Source: Antedon mediterranea (lineage: Eukaryota > Animalia > Echinodermata). Taken from it: a stretch of 64,000 nucleotides of DNA. The stretch covers positions 28,520,001 to 28,584,000 of the forward strand of contig NC_092674.1 in assembly GCF_964355755.1 (NCBI RefSeq). Direction: 5' to 3'. Shown here piece after piece: positions 53,401-61,925 of the stretch (the first letter of the stretch is position 1; every line of letters begins with the position of its first letter). Below the pieces are notes generated by a model. It saw only the letters and a list, made by a program, of their open reading frames with translations, was not told the origin of the DNA and searched no databases. A program made the position numbers and the translations under genes.

Positions 53401-56400
53401 AACCGTCAACATGTTAAAAATTGCAATAAATAGCGGGTCCCGTAATTTCACCTATTCTACACTGTATGTGATATGGATACAGATTATACTGTGTATACTA
53501 TGTATGAATTTAAATAATAAAATTCAGCAATAACAACATATCATATTCTTCAGTTCAGGTCATAATGCCAACGTGAACACTTCCTTTTGTCCTCAACCTA
53601 TCCCCTTAATGTTAATGTTGCACCACTTGCGCGGCGGATAACCAAACTCGTCAAAGTGACGAGTTACATGTCTAGTCTTTTTCTTAATCTTCTTTCTTTC
53701 TGTATGATTTTTGTGTAACGCTTTTCTCTAAAACTTGCAACTATAACATTTTGTTAACTATGTTAACATTTTGACATTTATGTAACGTCGTCAAGCGAAG
53801 CTTTTCATGATGTTTACAATCGCGCAACGTGACGTACGCGCGATTTAACGATTTTCTCGTATTTAACATATGTCGAAAACCAAATAACATTTTAAAGTGA
53901 AACTTTGCAAAAGTTTAATTTATATCATGCGCTAACCTTCTGTTGAAAAAAAATTGCGTGTTTTACACAAAGTTACGCGCGCACGCGCATTTAAAATTTC
54001 AAAATGCGCAAAATTAATTTCTAATCAACTTTCTACGCGTTTCATGTCGGTTTAAGCATGTCAAAAATTCCCACGCATGCGCACATTTTTACGTGTGCGG
54101 AGCGCACGTAGCATTGAAAACGTATTTTTTTCGCGTGATTTATGTTTTTCCAGCCTTTTCTAGTAATTTTACCAAATTTTAAACAATTTTGACTTAAAGA
54201 TACGTCATACGAGCACGTCGAATTGGACAATTTGCGCGCGTTTTTTATGAAAACGTTAAAAAATTCGTTTAAAATATGCCTTTTTTAAAACAGTCGTAAT
54301 TTCTAAACTAAACGGTCAACTTTTTGTGGATGGCATTTTCTGGAAGTAGATGAGTTGTAGATATTGGATCAGGTATTAATATGGCTAACCGGACATTGTG
54401 ATGTCATCGTATGGCCACGCAAATATAAAATTTAGGATTTTGTATCTTTCGTCATAGCTCATCACATTGAATAGAGCGCATCTCCACTTATCCGTTTTCC
54501 ATTTTCACCCCGATTTTGATATTGTCTAGGTCAATCAACTATCTTTCGCATGAGTTAAAAATATTTTAATTTTTTTTACGTCATCGTGCTTAAAAATTTA
54601 AATCACGTGTGGCATTAATTTCATCTTTACAGTAAATTTTAATCTGTTATAGCTCGTAAGAATAAAATGTGATAATCACGATTAAAACTTTTTCTGGAAG
54701 CTATTGGACTGTAGATACGAAATTATGTAAAAATGTTGCCAATCGGATGTTGTGACGTCATCATATGGCCAGTTAAATAAAAAAGGTCGTATTTTCATCT
54801 TTTGCGTCATAATTCATTACATTTAAACGAGCGCGCATCAATATTTCACGTATTCAAATTTCTTCTACATGCTAATACGTTGTTGCTGAGATAATTTCCT
54901 TTCGGAATTGCTACCTTCGCGTTTCATTTTAAAACCGTCAACATGTTAAAAATTGCAATAAATAGCGGGTCCCGTAATTTCACCTATTCTACACTGTATG
55001 TGATATGGATACAGATTATACTGTGTATACTACAGTATATATGAATTTAAACAATAAATTTCAGCAATAACAACATATCATATTCTTCAGTTCAGGTCAT
55101 AATGCCAACGTGAACACTTCCTTTTGTCCTCAACCTATCCCCTTAATGTTAATGTTGCACCACTTGCGCGGCGGATAACCAAACTCGTCAAAGTGACGAG
55201 TTACATGTCTAGTCTTTATTTTTCTGTCCATGATAAAGTTTTATATACTTTTGATTTGTAGATTTCTTTGTACTATTTTTACTGTTTCAAATAAATATGA
55301 ATATAAAATATCTACCATTCCTATATAACTTTTTCTTTAGCATCTTTCTACCTCTGCATACATTTTTAAAATGCATCAATTAAAAATTAAAAAAAATAAA
55401 AAAATCATGCAAAATTTAAAATTAAAAAATCATTTGTTGGAAGAGGTAAAAAACCAAATAAATAGGTATATATAATTTTTTTAAATATGTTTTCTTGGAA
55501 TGGTCTATAATTACAAAGATCTGTTTATACCACTTTTTTTGACAAAATGAGCTAATCATAAAACCCTTCAACAAAATCTATATTATAAAGTCATTGTACT
55601 TTAAACAATCCATTACAATACATCATTGTCAGATCAAATCCTGCTCCTCCTTCCTATCAAATTAATTCCAAATAGAGTCTGATTGATAAAATAGAATCTA
55701 TCTAATCTACTGAATTTAACCATTTTTTTCAATATCAGAATTTATACGAGAATTTACAAGCATGGATTCCATGCGGATTGGTGGTGAAAATCATGTCAAA
55801 CTTATTCTACTGCAGTTACTGCAGTAAAAAAAACTACATTTTGTATGTACCTTTAAACCTTGTTTTTTGCCATTTGCCATACAGTACCATACAAGGTTTT
55901 TTTCTACAGTACTGTATTTAACCATTTTTTCAATATCAGAATTTATAGGAGAATTTACAAGAATGGATTCCTGGGGGAAATAGTGAGAATCATGTAAAAA
56001 TTATTTTACTGCAGTTACTGCAGTAAAAAAAACATTTTTCTTTAACCTTGTTTCCATACCAAGTTTTTTTTGTACTGTTATTGCAGTAGTGCCTGATAAA
56101 CTTTAATAAATCATACGTTATTATATAGTTGTAAAAAAAGTTTTTACTGCAGTAACTGCAGTAGAATAATTTTTACCCTATAGTACACTTAAAAGCAGAA
56201 AAATGGAAAATAACAAATATTTCTATAGAGATATCATGTCAAAATTATTCATTTTTGCTTCTTTTATTTTATGGTATAAAGTACTGTACGTTATATAGTT
56301 TTAAATAAGTTTTTACTGCAGTTACTGCAGTAGAATAGTTTTTACCCTTACCCTACCCTTAAAAGTAGAAAAGAGAAAAAAGCAAAAATAACAAACAAGT

Positions 56401-56641
56401 ATAGAAAGATGACATGATCAGATTCCGCATGTAATGTATAGCTGTAAAGGTCATCGACTATTAAAGTAATCAAAATGCACTGTACATACAGCCTTACAGG
56501 CATGGCCAACTTGAAGCAAAACAATAGTTTGGGCCAAAATGACAACGATTTGTTAAAACTCACCTTAACAAGAGTTTCAAGACTCTGTACATAGGATTGT
56601 TCAGTGTGAAGCATACTATTAGCAACCTGCAGTCGTATATC
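10530..56641 (-). CDS. ARHGEF17: Rho guanine nucleotide exchange factor 17-like (ARHGEF17/TEM4); last 16 coding exons (~935 aa), 5' exons outside the window
   Basis: Spliced frame has DH-domain motifs (TEQSYVQSLETL; LIIKPVQRIPRYELIIK; DFLDNTPEDHPDH), a PH-like region (DRCLFLFSDLLVC) and ARHGEF17-type propeller motifs (MQFTCAAP, VWVCNSDGYVGQVCLLS, MWLGTEDGCIHVYQ, SDAIIRQHKAACLRIT, ISGGDGYEDF, DSTNHLLLWQV). All 15 introns are GT-AG with matching phases. Confidence 0.92.
11622..11796 (-). CDS. ARHGEF17: ARHGEF17 exon
   Basis: HQFTVSDDSQRAV...VRLYHAITYQSLCEVDVTQTVHKMLA; CAG/GTAAT, phase 0/1. Confidence 0.9.
11981..12129 (-). CDS. ARHGEF17: ARHGEF17 exon
   Basis: KSWDTCNPISLTIGSSNTPINCMVAVSSKIWCGCHNSVLIVDPHTLAVE; CAG/GTGAG, phase 1/0. 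Confidence 0.9.
12296..12800. mobile_element. ~505-bp MITE with ~50-bp TIRs (copy 1)
   Basis: GGGAGGTTTTGCAATCTTACGAATACGATAACGAAAACGGATACGTCA ... TGACGTATCCGTTTTCGTTATCGTATTCGTAAGGTTGCGAAACCTCCC; flanked by TA; near-identical inverted copy at 17569-18071. Confidence 0.82.
13115..13272 (-). CDS. ARHGEF17: ARHGEF17 exon
   Basis: IHVYQCGDNISTKRK...VFISLANGDLTVYKREQ; CAG/GTATG, phase 2/1. Confidence 0.9.
13783..13895. repeat. TAATAAACGCCCC(GCCCC) reiterated motif, probable MITE remnant
   Basis: About 6 direct units; inverted relatives near 26575-26630 and 26845-26945. Confidence 0.65.
14041..14232. repeat. minisatellite, 38-bp unit x5 (dimer of 19-mers)
   Basis: CAGTGTGTGTAAATTACCT-CAGTATGTGTAATTTATTC repeated. 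Confidence 0.9.
15330..15426 (-). CDS. ARHGEF17: ARHGEF17 exon
   Basis: DDVERLRSGNRQFKDCLEAAQPTMWLGTEDG; TAG/GTAAG, phase 1/2. Confidence 0.88.
15895..16175 (-). CDS. ARHGEF17: ARHGEF17 exon (low-complexity/acidic insertion)
   Basis: SSMKRRPRPRP...AFDSDDSELDEDIMSP...DEASS; TAG/GTATT, phase 2/1. Confidence 0.85.
16420..16536. repeat. 21-bp minisatellite
   Basis: AATTTTTGGTTGCCCGACGTC-like units, about 5-6 copies. Confidence 0.85.
16591..16867 (-). CDS. ARHGEF17: ARHGEF17 exon (start of beta-propeller region)
   Basis: PPVFLYPIPISKTRSGMQFTCAAP...VWVCNSDGYVGQVCLLS; CAG/GTAAA, phase 1/2. Confidence 0.92.
17444..17535 (-). CDS. ARHGEF17: ARHGEF17 exon
   Basis: EGTETMTLVFNNVDLKMNFESKFTEAKLKL; TAG/GTGAG, phase 2/1. 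Confidence 0.85.
17569..18071. mobile_element. ~505-bp MITE (copy 2, opposite orientation)
   Basis: Same TIRs; internal sequence is the reverse complement of 12296-12800; TSD can be read as TA, or as AAT if the termini extend by 1 bp. Confidence 0.82.
18964..19290. repeat. ~150-bp imperfect tandem duplication
   Basis: ATGCATAGTAGCTCTTAATCTTCAATACATC...GACTTAACATG occurs twice; the second copy carries small insertions. Confidence 0.85.
20179..20300 (-). CDS. ARHGEF17: ARHGEF17 exon
   Basis: ALNDVIKELMDGIHRKISDRQTLRVVPPALMNKVELLATT; AAG/GTAAG, phase 0/2. Confidence 0.82.
21043..21244 (-). CDS. ARHGEF17: ARHGEF17 exon
   Basis: LSQASLPIDASKYKLNWKYQLEDMEIVK...LACSHQ; TAG/GTTTG, phase 2/0. Confidence 0.88.
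21753..21856 (-). CDS. ARHGEF17: ARHGEF17 exon (PH-like region)
   Basis: KVAKKDRCLFLFSDLLVCASVKRRSGPGRRQSFS; CAG/GTAAG, phase 0/2. Confidence 0.9.
21966..22113. mobile_element. short MITE (AGCTCTGTCTACAC family), reverse orientation
   Basis: AAGCCCTGTTTACACTATCAAAC ... GTTTGATAGTGTAGACAGAGCTTT. Confidence 0.68.
22242..22469 (-). CDS. ARHGEF17: ARHGEF17 exon (end of DH domain)
   Basis: DFLDNTPEDHPDHENLEVAL...NRRFIRQYPFSEL; CAG/GTAAG, phase 0/0. Confidence 0.92.
22491..22682. mobile_element. short MITE with internal 21-bp minisatellite (AGCTCTGTCTACACTATCAAACT family)
   Basis: Inverted termini AAAGCTCTGTCTACAC / GTGTAGA(C/T)AGAG; internal (GGCATATCACTACCATATTTR)n; other copies at about 7797, 9704, 11031, 12930, 21966, 24555 and 26066. 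Confidence 0.72.
26066..26218. mobile_element. short MITE (AGCTCTGTCTACAC family)
   Basis: CTGTCTACACTATCAAACT ... AGTTTGATAGTGTAGACAG with three 21-bp units. Confidence 0.68.
29800..29892 (-). CDS. ARHGEF17: ARHGEF17 exon (DH domain)
   Basis: DRMRENKEKLSVDDLIIKPVQRIPRYELIIK; TAG/GTAAG, phase 0/0. Confidence 0.92.
30335..30448 (-). CDS. ARHGEF17: ARHGEF17 exon (DH domain)
   Basis: FTKQSLLDTYTSFINNFSRAKELISKASAKPAFNKFLD; CAG/GTAAG, phase 0/0. Confidence 0.9.
32174..33775 (+). mobile_element. solo HINE-like element (hybrid A/B ends)
   Basis: 5' TTAGTTATCCGCA subTIR with partial inverted repeat, TCA microsatellite, ~1.5-kb body, 3' TGCGGATAACTAA plus stem-loop plus CTAG; inserted at A^T. Confidence 0.88.
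34240..35855 (+). mobile_element. solo HINE-like element, subfamily A
   Basis: 5' TTGGTTATCCGC, (TCA)n, body near-identical to 44333-45857, 52149-53675 and 53676-55212; 3' GCGGATAACCAA plus hairpin plus CTAG; T^T target. Confidence 0.88.
36568..36789. mobile_element. short MITE (AAGCTTGGTTCC family)
   Basis: AAGCGTGGTTCCCACTAGCGAC ... GTCGATAGTGAGGAACCAAGCTT inverted termini; homologous to 6747-6937. Confidence 0.62.
37395..37757. mobile_element. Harbinger-type MITE (ACTGCAGT family)
   Basis: TIR GGGACCATATCAAA(A)TTATT / AATAATTTGATATGGTCCC with TAA TSD on both sides; decayed relatives near 10260-10420, 28400-28445, 55790-56340, 58610-58650 and 62485-62617. Confidence 0.72.
37948..38096. 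repeat. ~48-bp tandem repeat x3
   Basis: TTTGTATCTCCATTGAGATCCAGCCACTGATACCCACAGCATTGTCA; a single related unit at ~35885-35920. Confidence 0.88.
38665..39008. repeat. ~175-bp imperfect tandem duplication
   Basis: AACATAAAACCA...GAGATGCTGACTAATATTTTTATCAATATCCAATC...GTACCTGAAAAAGAACTACAG occurs twice. Confidence 0.85.
39374..39556 (-). CDS. ARHGEF17: ARHGEF17 exon (DH domain)
   Basis: NYYEPLKSPENSGICDPSIVDIMFYKVPEILHNHRLFLRQLQPRVKEWNEIQKIGDIFTSS; AG/GTAAG, phase 0/0; absent from the ORF track. Confidence 0.9.
39687..39905. repeat. 110-bp tandem duplication
   Basis: Units starting at 39691 and 39801 are identical. Confidence 0.9.
39943..40577. repeat. 138-bp tandem array, ~4.5 copies
   Basis: GTACAGAGGC recurs at 40021, 40159, 40297 and 40435, and partially at 40573. 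Confidence 0.9.
42667..45857 (+). mobile_element. nested HINE, subfamily A (interrupted by the copy at 42746-44332)
   Basis: Removing 42746-44332 restores ctttttattcttcttc, as seen in the intact copy at 34240. Confidence 0.85.
42746..44332 (+). mobile_element. nested intact HINE, subfamily B
   Basis: TTAGTTATCCGC-ACTATG-GCGGATAAC ... TGCGGATAACTAA, hairpin, CTAG. Confidence 0.85.
45976..49152 (+). mobile_element. nested HINE, subfamily B (hosts the copy at 46026)
   Basis: B left end (loop AATGA); body resumes at 47619; B right end at 49152. Confidence 0.8.
46026..47618 (+). mobile_element. innermost intact HINE, subfamily B (nesting depth 5)
   Basis: B left end (loop TTAGTA), contiguous body and B right end. 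Confidence 0.85.
49156..50612 (+). mobile_element. nested HINE, subfamily B, internally rearranged
   Basis: B ends intact; the start of the body is duplicated (restart near 49526) and the central part is replaced by non-matching sequence at ~50105-50285. Confidence 0.8.
56564..56641 (-). CDS. ARHGEF17: ARHGEF17 exon (start of DH domain)
   Basis: DIRLQVANSMLHTEQSYVQSLETLVK; TAG acceptor, GTGAG donor, phase 0/0. Confidence 0.9.
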
Positions 56642-58772
56642 CTATGGAAACAAAAAAAAAGGCATTACTTTACTTGTATAAAATTTTTCAAAAAAATGCT
56701 GGTTTTAATACTTTGAGGTGGTCATAAGAGCATGAAAATTCTAAGCATAGTTTATGCATAATTCCATGGTAAAATATAAAACAAAAATTATTAGTATTTT
56801 CTATACTATAGTGTAGTAGACACATACTTCTATTTGCATTGTGTTATTGCATGGAGTAATTATTATTACTCCATGATTATTGTAGCAAAATAAACAATGT
56901 TTTTTTAGCATTTTGGATATCAAGTTTGTTACAAGCTGTACTGAACTCTTTTTTAACATCCCTTCATTTTTGTTTTTACGTAAATATCTTATTTATATGA
57001 TGAATGAATAAAGTAGGAATTGAATTAATTTGTTAATTCTCTACCTGACACTTGGGTTCAAATCAAGACTAGGTTTATTATAATGACAACACATACTCCA
57101 TTATAAACATTAATTGTTCATTTCATGAATATAACATCTTAAACATGTAACTTGATTAAATCATATTTGTATCTCTGGTGGTACTGTTATTGTTGTACCC
57201 ATCCTTGAAAAACAAAAGGTGACTGTCTAAGCACAGGTCGAAAAATGGTATTGATAAACACCCTCCTCTCCCTTTCTCACTTGCGATGTCACCTAAAACA
57301 TCCCTACCCCTCCACCAACCATACCCTCCCGCAACAACCACCCAGCCGATCAGATGATATTTGACACAATATGCAAATCTTTCATCAAACACAATAAATC
57401 ATGTTTTTTATCAGCATGTTTGTAGTTGTTATGATTCATGTACTACTATTAATTTATTTAATTGTTTTGGCATTTTGTTATGTGGATAATGTTTTAGGAA
57501 TGCTGAGAGGTTCATTGTAACAGGTGTTCGGCTGTTATTATAATAATTTAAGAATGGTATGTTCTCAATTATTCCCAAAGTACTTGCCTAAGTATGGTTC
57601 AACAATTGTCTTTTATGATGGGAGGTTGTAGTTGGTCTTTTTTAGGGAGCTTTAAATTTGTGAACTAGTTATGTGTGTTAATTCATTGTGCATATGAAGG
57701 GCCATTTGGAACATACTTTCTTGCTCGACTCAAAACTAGTTTTGGTGGATTCTAGTTGCCATGAGATATGCTCAACGAACAAACGACACACTATATATGC
57801 ATAGGTCATAGAAAAACAATTATGCTCATTGGCGAATCCAGGAATGTGAAATTTAGGAGGTGCCCGGGCCGAGTGGGCCCCCTTTAATCTGCCCCTGATG
57901 CTCAATAATTGTCAAATGAAAAGCACACCAGTCAACATATCAGGTGCTTTTGAAAGCGAAAGAGATAAAGTTCATATTATGAAATTATCGAGAAAAAAAA
58001 GCATAGAAAACATAGATCTACTGTAGAATTTTACTTTCAGAATCATTCAAGCGTGAATTCAGAATCACTCAAGCATGCGATTCAGAACAACTCATGCATG
58101 CAATTAACCTTAATATTTTCCTTCTTACAAAACAGTTTCAGCGATGACGGTGATTTAAGTAATCGGAAGGAAAATTCTATTCATAATTTATTGATATAAG
58201 ATTACAATATTAGATATTAAATGTCATTGAATATTTTAGATAATAAACAATATAGACAATTAAATAAAATATTTATCAATTAAATTAATTCGCTTGTATT
58301 CAAAATAAATCATTCTATCTTGACAACAGTTTGTAATATGAAATTCCTATCTACATTGTCAGACATGTCACATAGTTAAACTCATATTTCTAAAAAAGTC
58401 AGTTGAGCAATTTATACATTTTTTCTTGGTATCAAAAGCATTTTGATTTTTTACTTATTCAAATTTCTGACTAATGTTGTACAAAACAGATATACAAGAC
58501 ATTGAAAGAAAAAAAAAGGGTATTTATGTGTTTATAACAGACAAAGAAATAAATCAAATCAATAAAAACACAACTCCAATAACATATGTCGTTATTGCAG
58601 TTTTAAAGAAGTAGTTACTGCAGTAACTGCAGTAGAATTATTTTGACATGATTACTTGAATCAAGAGGACGTGCAATTTATCCTAATGACAAACTTTGGA
58701 TTGATTTGATTTTAATTTATTAGAAAAATCACTATAAAAAAAAACATACAAAGTGATAACATAAATTTCTAA

Positions 58773-59056
58773 CTGGCTCACACAACATAAAGATAATTTA
58801 TTAAATTGTCATTAAAATCTGTTGACAATCTTCCAGGAAATTGGTGTATATAAATTTATTTTCTTTTAAACAACAAGTAATTCTTGTCATTTTTATGTAA
58901 CAGATCATAAAACCTCAATCAATTGGCTCACACAACATAAGATAATTTATTAAATTGTCATTAAAATCTGGTGACAATCTTCCAGGAAATTGGTCATAGA
59001 TAAATTTATTTTCTTTATACAACTAGTAAATTCTTATCATTCTAATGTAACAGATC
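58773..59056. repeat. ~150-bp tandem duplication
   Basis: TGGCTCACACAACATAAGATAATTTATTAAATTGTC...ATGTAACAGATC occurs twice. Confidence 0.85.
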
Positions 59057-59441
59057 TTATATACTATTGGTCAATTCCAAAAAAGTATAAAATTGTTTTC
59101 ACAAATCTGATATATAGCAGTTAGCAAACATTCTTGGAATTCCTGATGGCTAACTTTGACATTCTTGGACATAAATGAATTAAATTTTGTTTAAAAAAAT
59201 GTATAATTCATTTTTTATAGGTTTGCTTGGTGAATGTACTATACAAATTGAACGAAAAATTTCAAAATGTTTAGGATGTATGGGCAGTGTCACCCACATG
59301 ATGTTGATGCTCATATGGGTGAGCTGCTTTGAAGGGGTTTTTGTTTTGAGTTACAATTACTCCTCTGGGAGGATAAAGGCCTATTGTAAGTTTATCCAGG
59401 TAAAAGTATGACATAAAATGAAAAAAAATCCTTCAGTCATA

Positions 59442-60259
59442 GGGCCTGTTTCTGCTGCAACTGCTCAAAATACTGTATAAAATACGGTATTTTTTATACC
59501 GTATTTTTTAGTACCCCGTTTCTGCTAACAATACTTCTTGGGTGGTCGTGTTAAATTTCATCTTTTTTACCCAAATTGCCATTCATTTATTTGATCGATA
59601 ATTAAAAGTCGCAATAAAGGAAGTTTTAAGTCTCACTTTCAACAGCCTAGCCCTAGTGATTGAGATATTGTGAGAGCACAGAAAACATCGTAATGGGGAC
59701 AATTAATTTGTTCCTTCCCCGGCCCCGAGTTATTGTATTTTGCAATGTTGTACTGCTTTCGCAGGCTCTTCAGCTTTGAGTTTACTTGCTTTGGAGACAA
59801 GTCTATTCCATACTCCTGCTTCATTTTTTTTTAGAAATGTCTTTATAAATGTGGTTGTCCCTTTTATTACCTTTTAGTTGGCCAGACATTTTAGCTTCCC
59901 CACACACATTTATTTAGTAAAACTGTGACGTCTTCGTTCCACATTTTCGCCGAATATATCTATACACGGTGTGTAAAGCAGCTGACAGCGACAGAAAATA
60001 AAAACACGAATGTTGACCTTTTGTCATGTAAAAAAAAATACGGTATTTTTTATTGGCAGCAGAAACGGGTACAAAAAATACGGTATAAATTTGTAAATAC
60101 CGTATTTTATCCACAAATTTTGTGGGGAAAATACGGTATACAAAATACAGTATATTTTTTATGAGCGCAGTTTCTGCTGCCAAAAATATACCGTATATAT
60201 ACGGTATTCAAAAAATACCGTATAATATACGGTATTTAGTTGGCAGCAGAAACAGGGCC
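59442..60259 (-). mobile_element. internally deleted PIF/Harbinger transposon
   Basis: TIRs GGGCCTGTTTCTGCTGCAAC / GTTGGCAGCAGAAACAGGGCC, 3-bp TSD ATA, many subterminal AATACGGTAT/ATACCGTATT motifs, and a Myb/SANT-like coding remnant. Confidence 0.75.
59639..59944 (-). pseudogene. frameshifted Myb/SANT-like (trihelix) DNA-binding protein gene of a Harbinger element
   Basis: Correcting two frameshifts gives MWNEDVTVLL/INVCGEAKMSGQLKGNKRDNHIYKDISKK/MKQEYGIDLSPKQVNSKLKSLRKQY...CPHYD, the pattern of Myb_DNA-bind_4-type domains. Confidence 0.7.
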
Positions 60260-61622
60260 ATACATGCGATAACACAATATAAAAATAGTGGAAAAACTTG
60301 TTTATTATTGAATAATTTAAAACAAAATATTTTATTCATCTTTTCATTTTAGGTTTGTGCAAATTCAATTAATAATTAATAATTTAAGTCAACGCTATTT
60401 TATTTTTTTTTACATTTTATAAATGTCAAAGTGTTAATTTGTGAATAATTAAAAGCAGAAATATATTTTTTATTAACGTATTTTATTCAGCAATTTTTAG
60501 GCTTATTAATCGCAATTTGTCTGCAACTATTAAATATACACGTGCTATTTATATTTTTTTTTTTATTTGGTTTAAATTATTATGTTTAATACATTTTATT
60601 TTACTAATTTGCAACAGTTTTATTAAACTCGTTCCTATTAAAATAATATTCCAGCTATATTTTATATTATGCTGTGAAACTTTAAGTTTACATAAACTTC
60701 AGGAATTTCCAAATTCCTCATTTCATGTCATTTGAAAATGTAAGGAATTTTAAATATCTACTTCAACAATTCTTTTATCAGTGTTTGTATTTTGCTAAAA
60801 TTAATATACCTCCTAATTATAGATATTTTGATCTATATTTAGCAAGTTTGTAACCAGATCTTCAAGAAGTAGTTTAACCTTAGGCCGCAATACCATATTT
60901 GTCATTATGTTGGACTCATTTTTTAACCACCTGTTATGGTACACTGCTGGAACCATCTCACAGCCTTCACTAAGTGCAGCATCTCCTGCAGGGCTAACTT
61001 TCCTCTAGGCCTGCAATGTTATACAACACCGCCATGATTTTACAATGGAGAATTTGAAAAGAAACCAAACTTTGGTGCAATATCTTTATGGAATGTTTGG
61101 CATTGCAAAATGGTAGCATGCCATGCTTCACTGGCACGCTATTGAGATCTGGGGAAGATACTGATATTTTAGATCCATTAAAGTTCAATAGCATTTAATA
61201 TCAATAACATTAAAATCTAATAAAAAAAAAAAAACATGTTATTTAATTATTGTGGGGAAACATATACAGTACTTCATTCATGTGGTCATTTTATCTCATT
61301 ATCAGCCCCTATGATTTTAGTAGTACTGTACACCCAAGATGGCCATTTGGGATTGAACTACATGTTTCCTATCTCTTTAATTTCTCATAACAGCATACAT
61401 GACATAACATCAACATTTTTGGCACACATATAACTGCGCTTGTTGCTGTCGCGACAACTTGAAATGAATGAAATGTTAGGATTTTAATTAGTAGATTGAG
61501 CACTTAAACTTCACTCTATAAAGAGTAAAACTTCAGAAATAGACCCCCTATTAAAGCTTGGTTCCCACTTTGATACAACAAAGTACTGTAGGTGCAACTC
61601 AAGTGAGTTGGCCAATCACAAG

Positions 61623-61925
61623 AATAATAATAATAATAATAATAATAGTTCATTCTTACAGTATATAGCGCTCTACAAGCAAGCTTCTCTAAGCGAGAAC
61701 ATTATTACCGCAGTCATTTTTTGGATCAAACACGTATAGAAACTTCTATAATGCAGCTAGTAATCAGCGCAAAGTTGTGTCTTGATCTACCCATTTATAC
61801 ACCTGGGTGGAGAGAGGCAAACGTAAGTAAAGTATCTTGCCTTAGGATACAAGCAATGCGGCAAGAGTTGGATTCGAACCTCGGTCTCACGATCAGTAGT
61901 CCAACACCCTGCGCCACACGCCCTC
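61623..61925 (-). mobile_element. tRNA-derived SINE with L2-type tail
   Basis: On the - strand: A-box-like TGGCGCAGGG, B-box GGTTCGAATCC, central CCTCTCTCCACCCAGGTGTATAAATGGGTA segment, 3' GCGCTATATA and a (TTA)n tail. Confidence 0.68.

Larger units (their letters stand above)
45861..53675 (+). mobile_element. nested HINE, subfamily A (hosts four B copies)
   Basis: A-type left end at 45861; A-type body resumes at 52149 and ends with an A-type right end at 53675. Confidence 0.82.
42608..55212 (+). mobile_element. nested cluster of eight Helentron-associated (HINE/DINE-1-like) non-autonomous rolling-circle elements; outermost copy is subfamily A
   Basis: Eight left ends TT(A/G)GTTATCCGC-loop-...GGATAAC at 42608, 42667, 42746, 45861, 45925, 45976, 46026 and 49156. 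Eight right ends GCGGATAAC(T/C)AACTCGTCA-loop-TGACGAGTT(A/T)CATGTCTAG ending at 44332, 45857, 47618, 49152, 50612, 52148, 53675 and 55212. Inserted at A^T or T^T with no TSD. Confidence 0.88.

Noticed and set aside
32599-54230. Recurring short ORFs (KITRKGWKNINHAKK, MLFGFRHMLN...)
   Set aside because: They recur only because the HINE body is repeated. Lengths and stops vary among copies, and there are no Rep/helicase motifs.
42608-55212. Simple head-to-tail 1.5-kb tandem array from rolling-circle concatemerisation
   Set aside because: Most bodies lack their own adjacent left end, left ends are stacked upstream, and neighbouring units belong to different subfamilies. Nesting explains all junctions.
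60830-61200. Possible further upstream ARHGEF17 exon or LINE fragment
   Set aside because: No recognisable protein motif or consistent splice pair could be supported.
61870-61925. tRNA gene
   Set aside because: A/B boxes are present but there is no complete cloverleaf, and it continues into a SINE body and (TTA)n tail.
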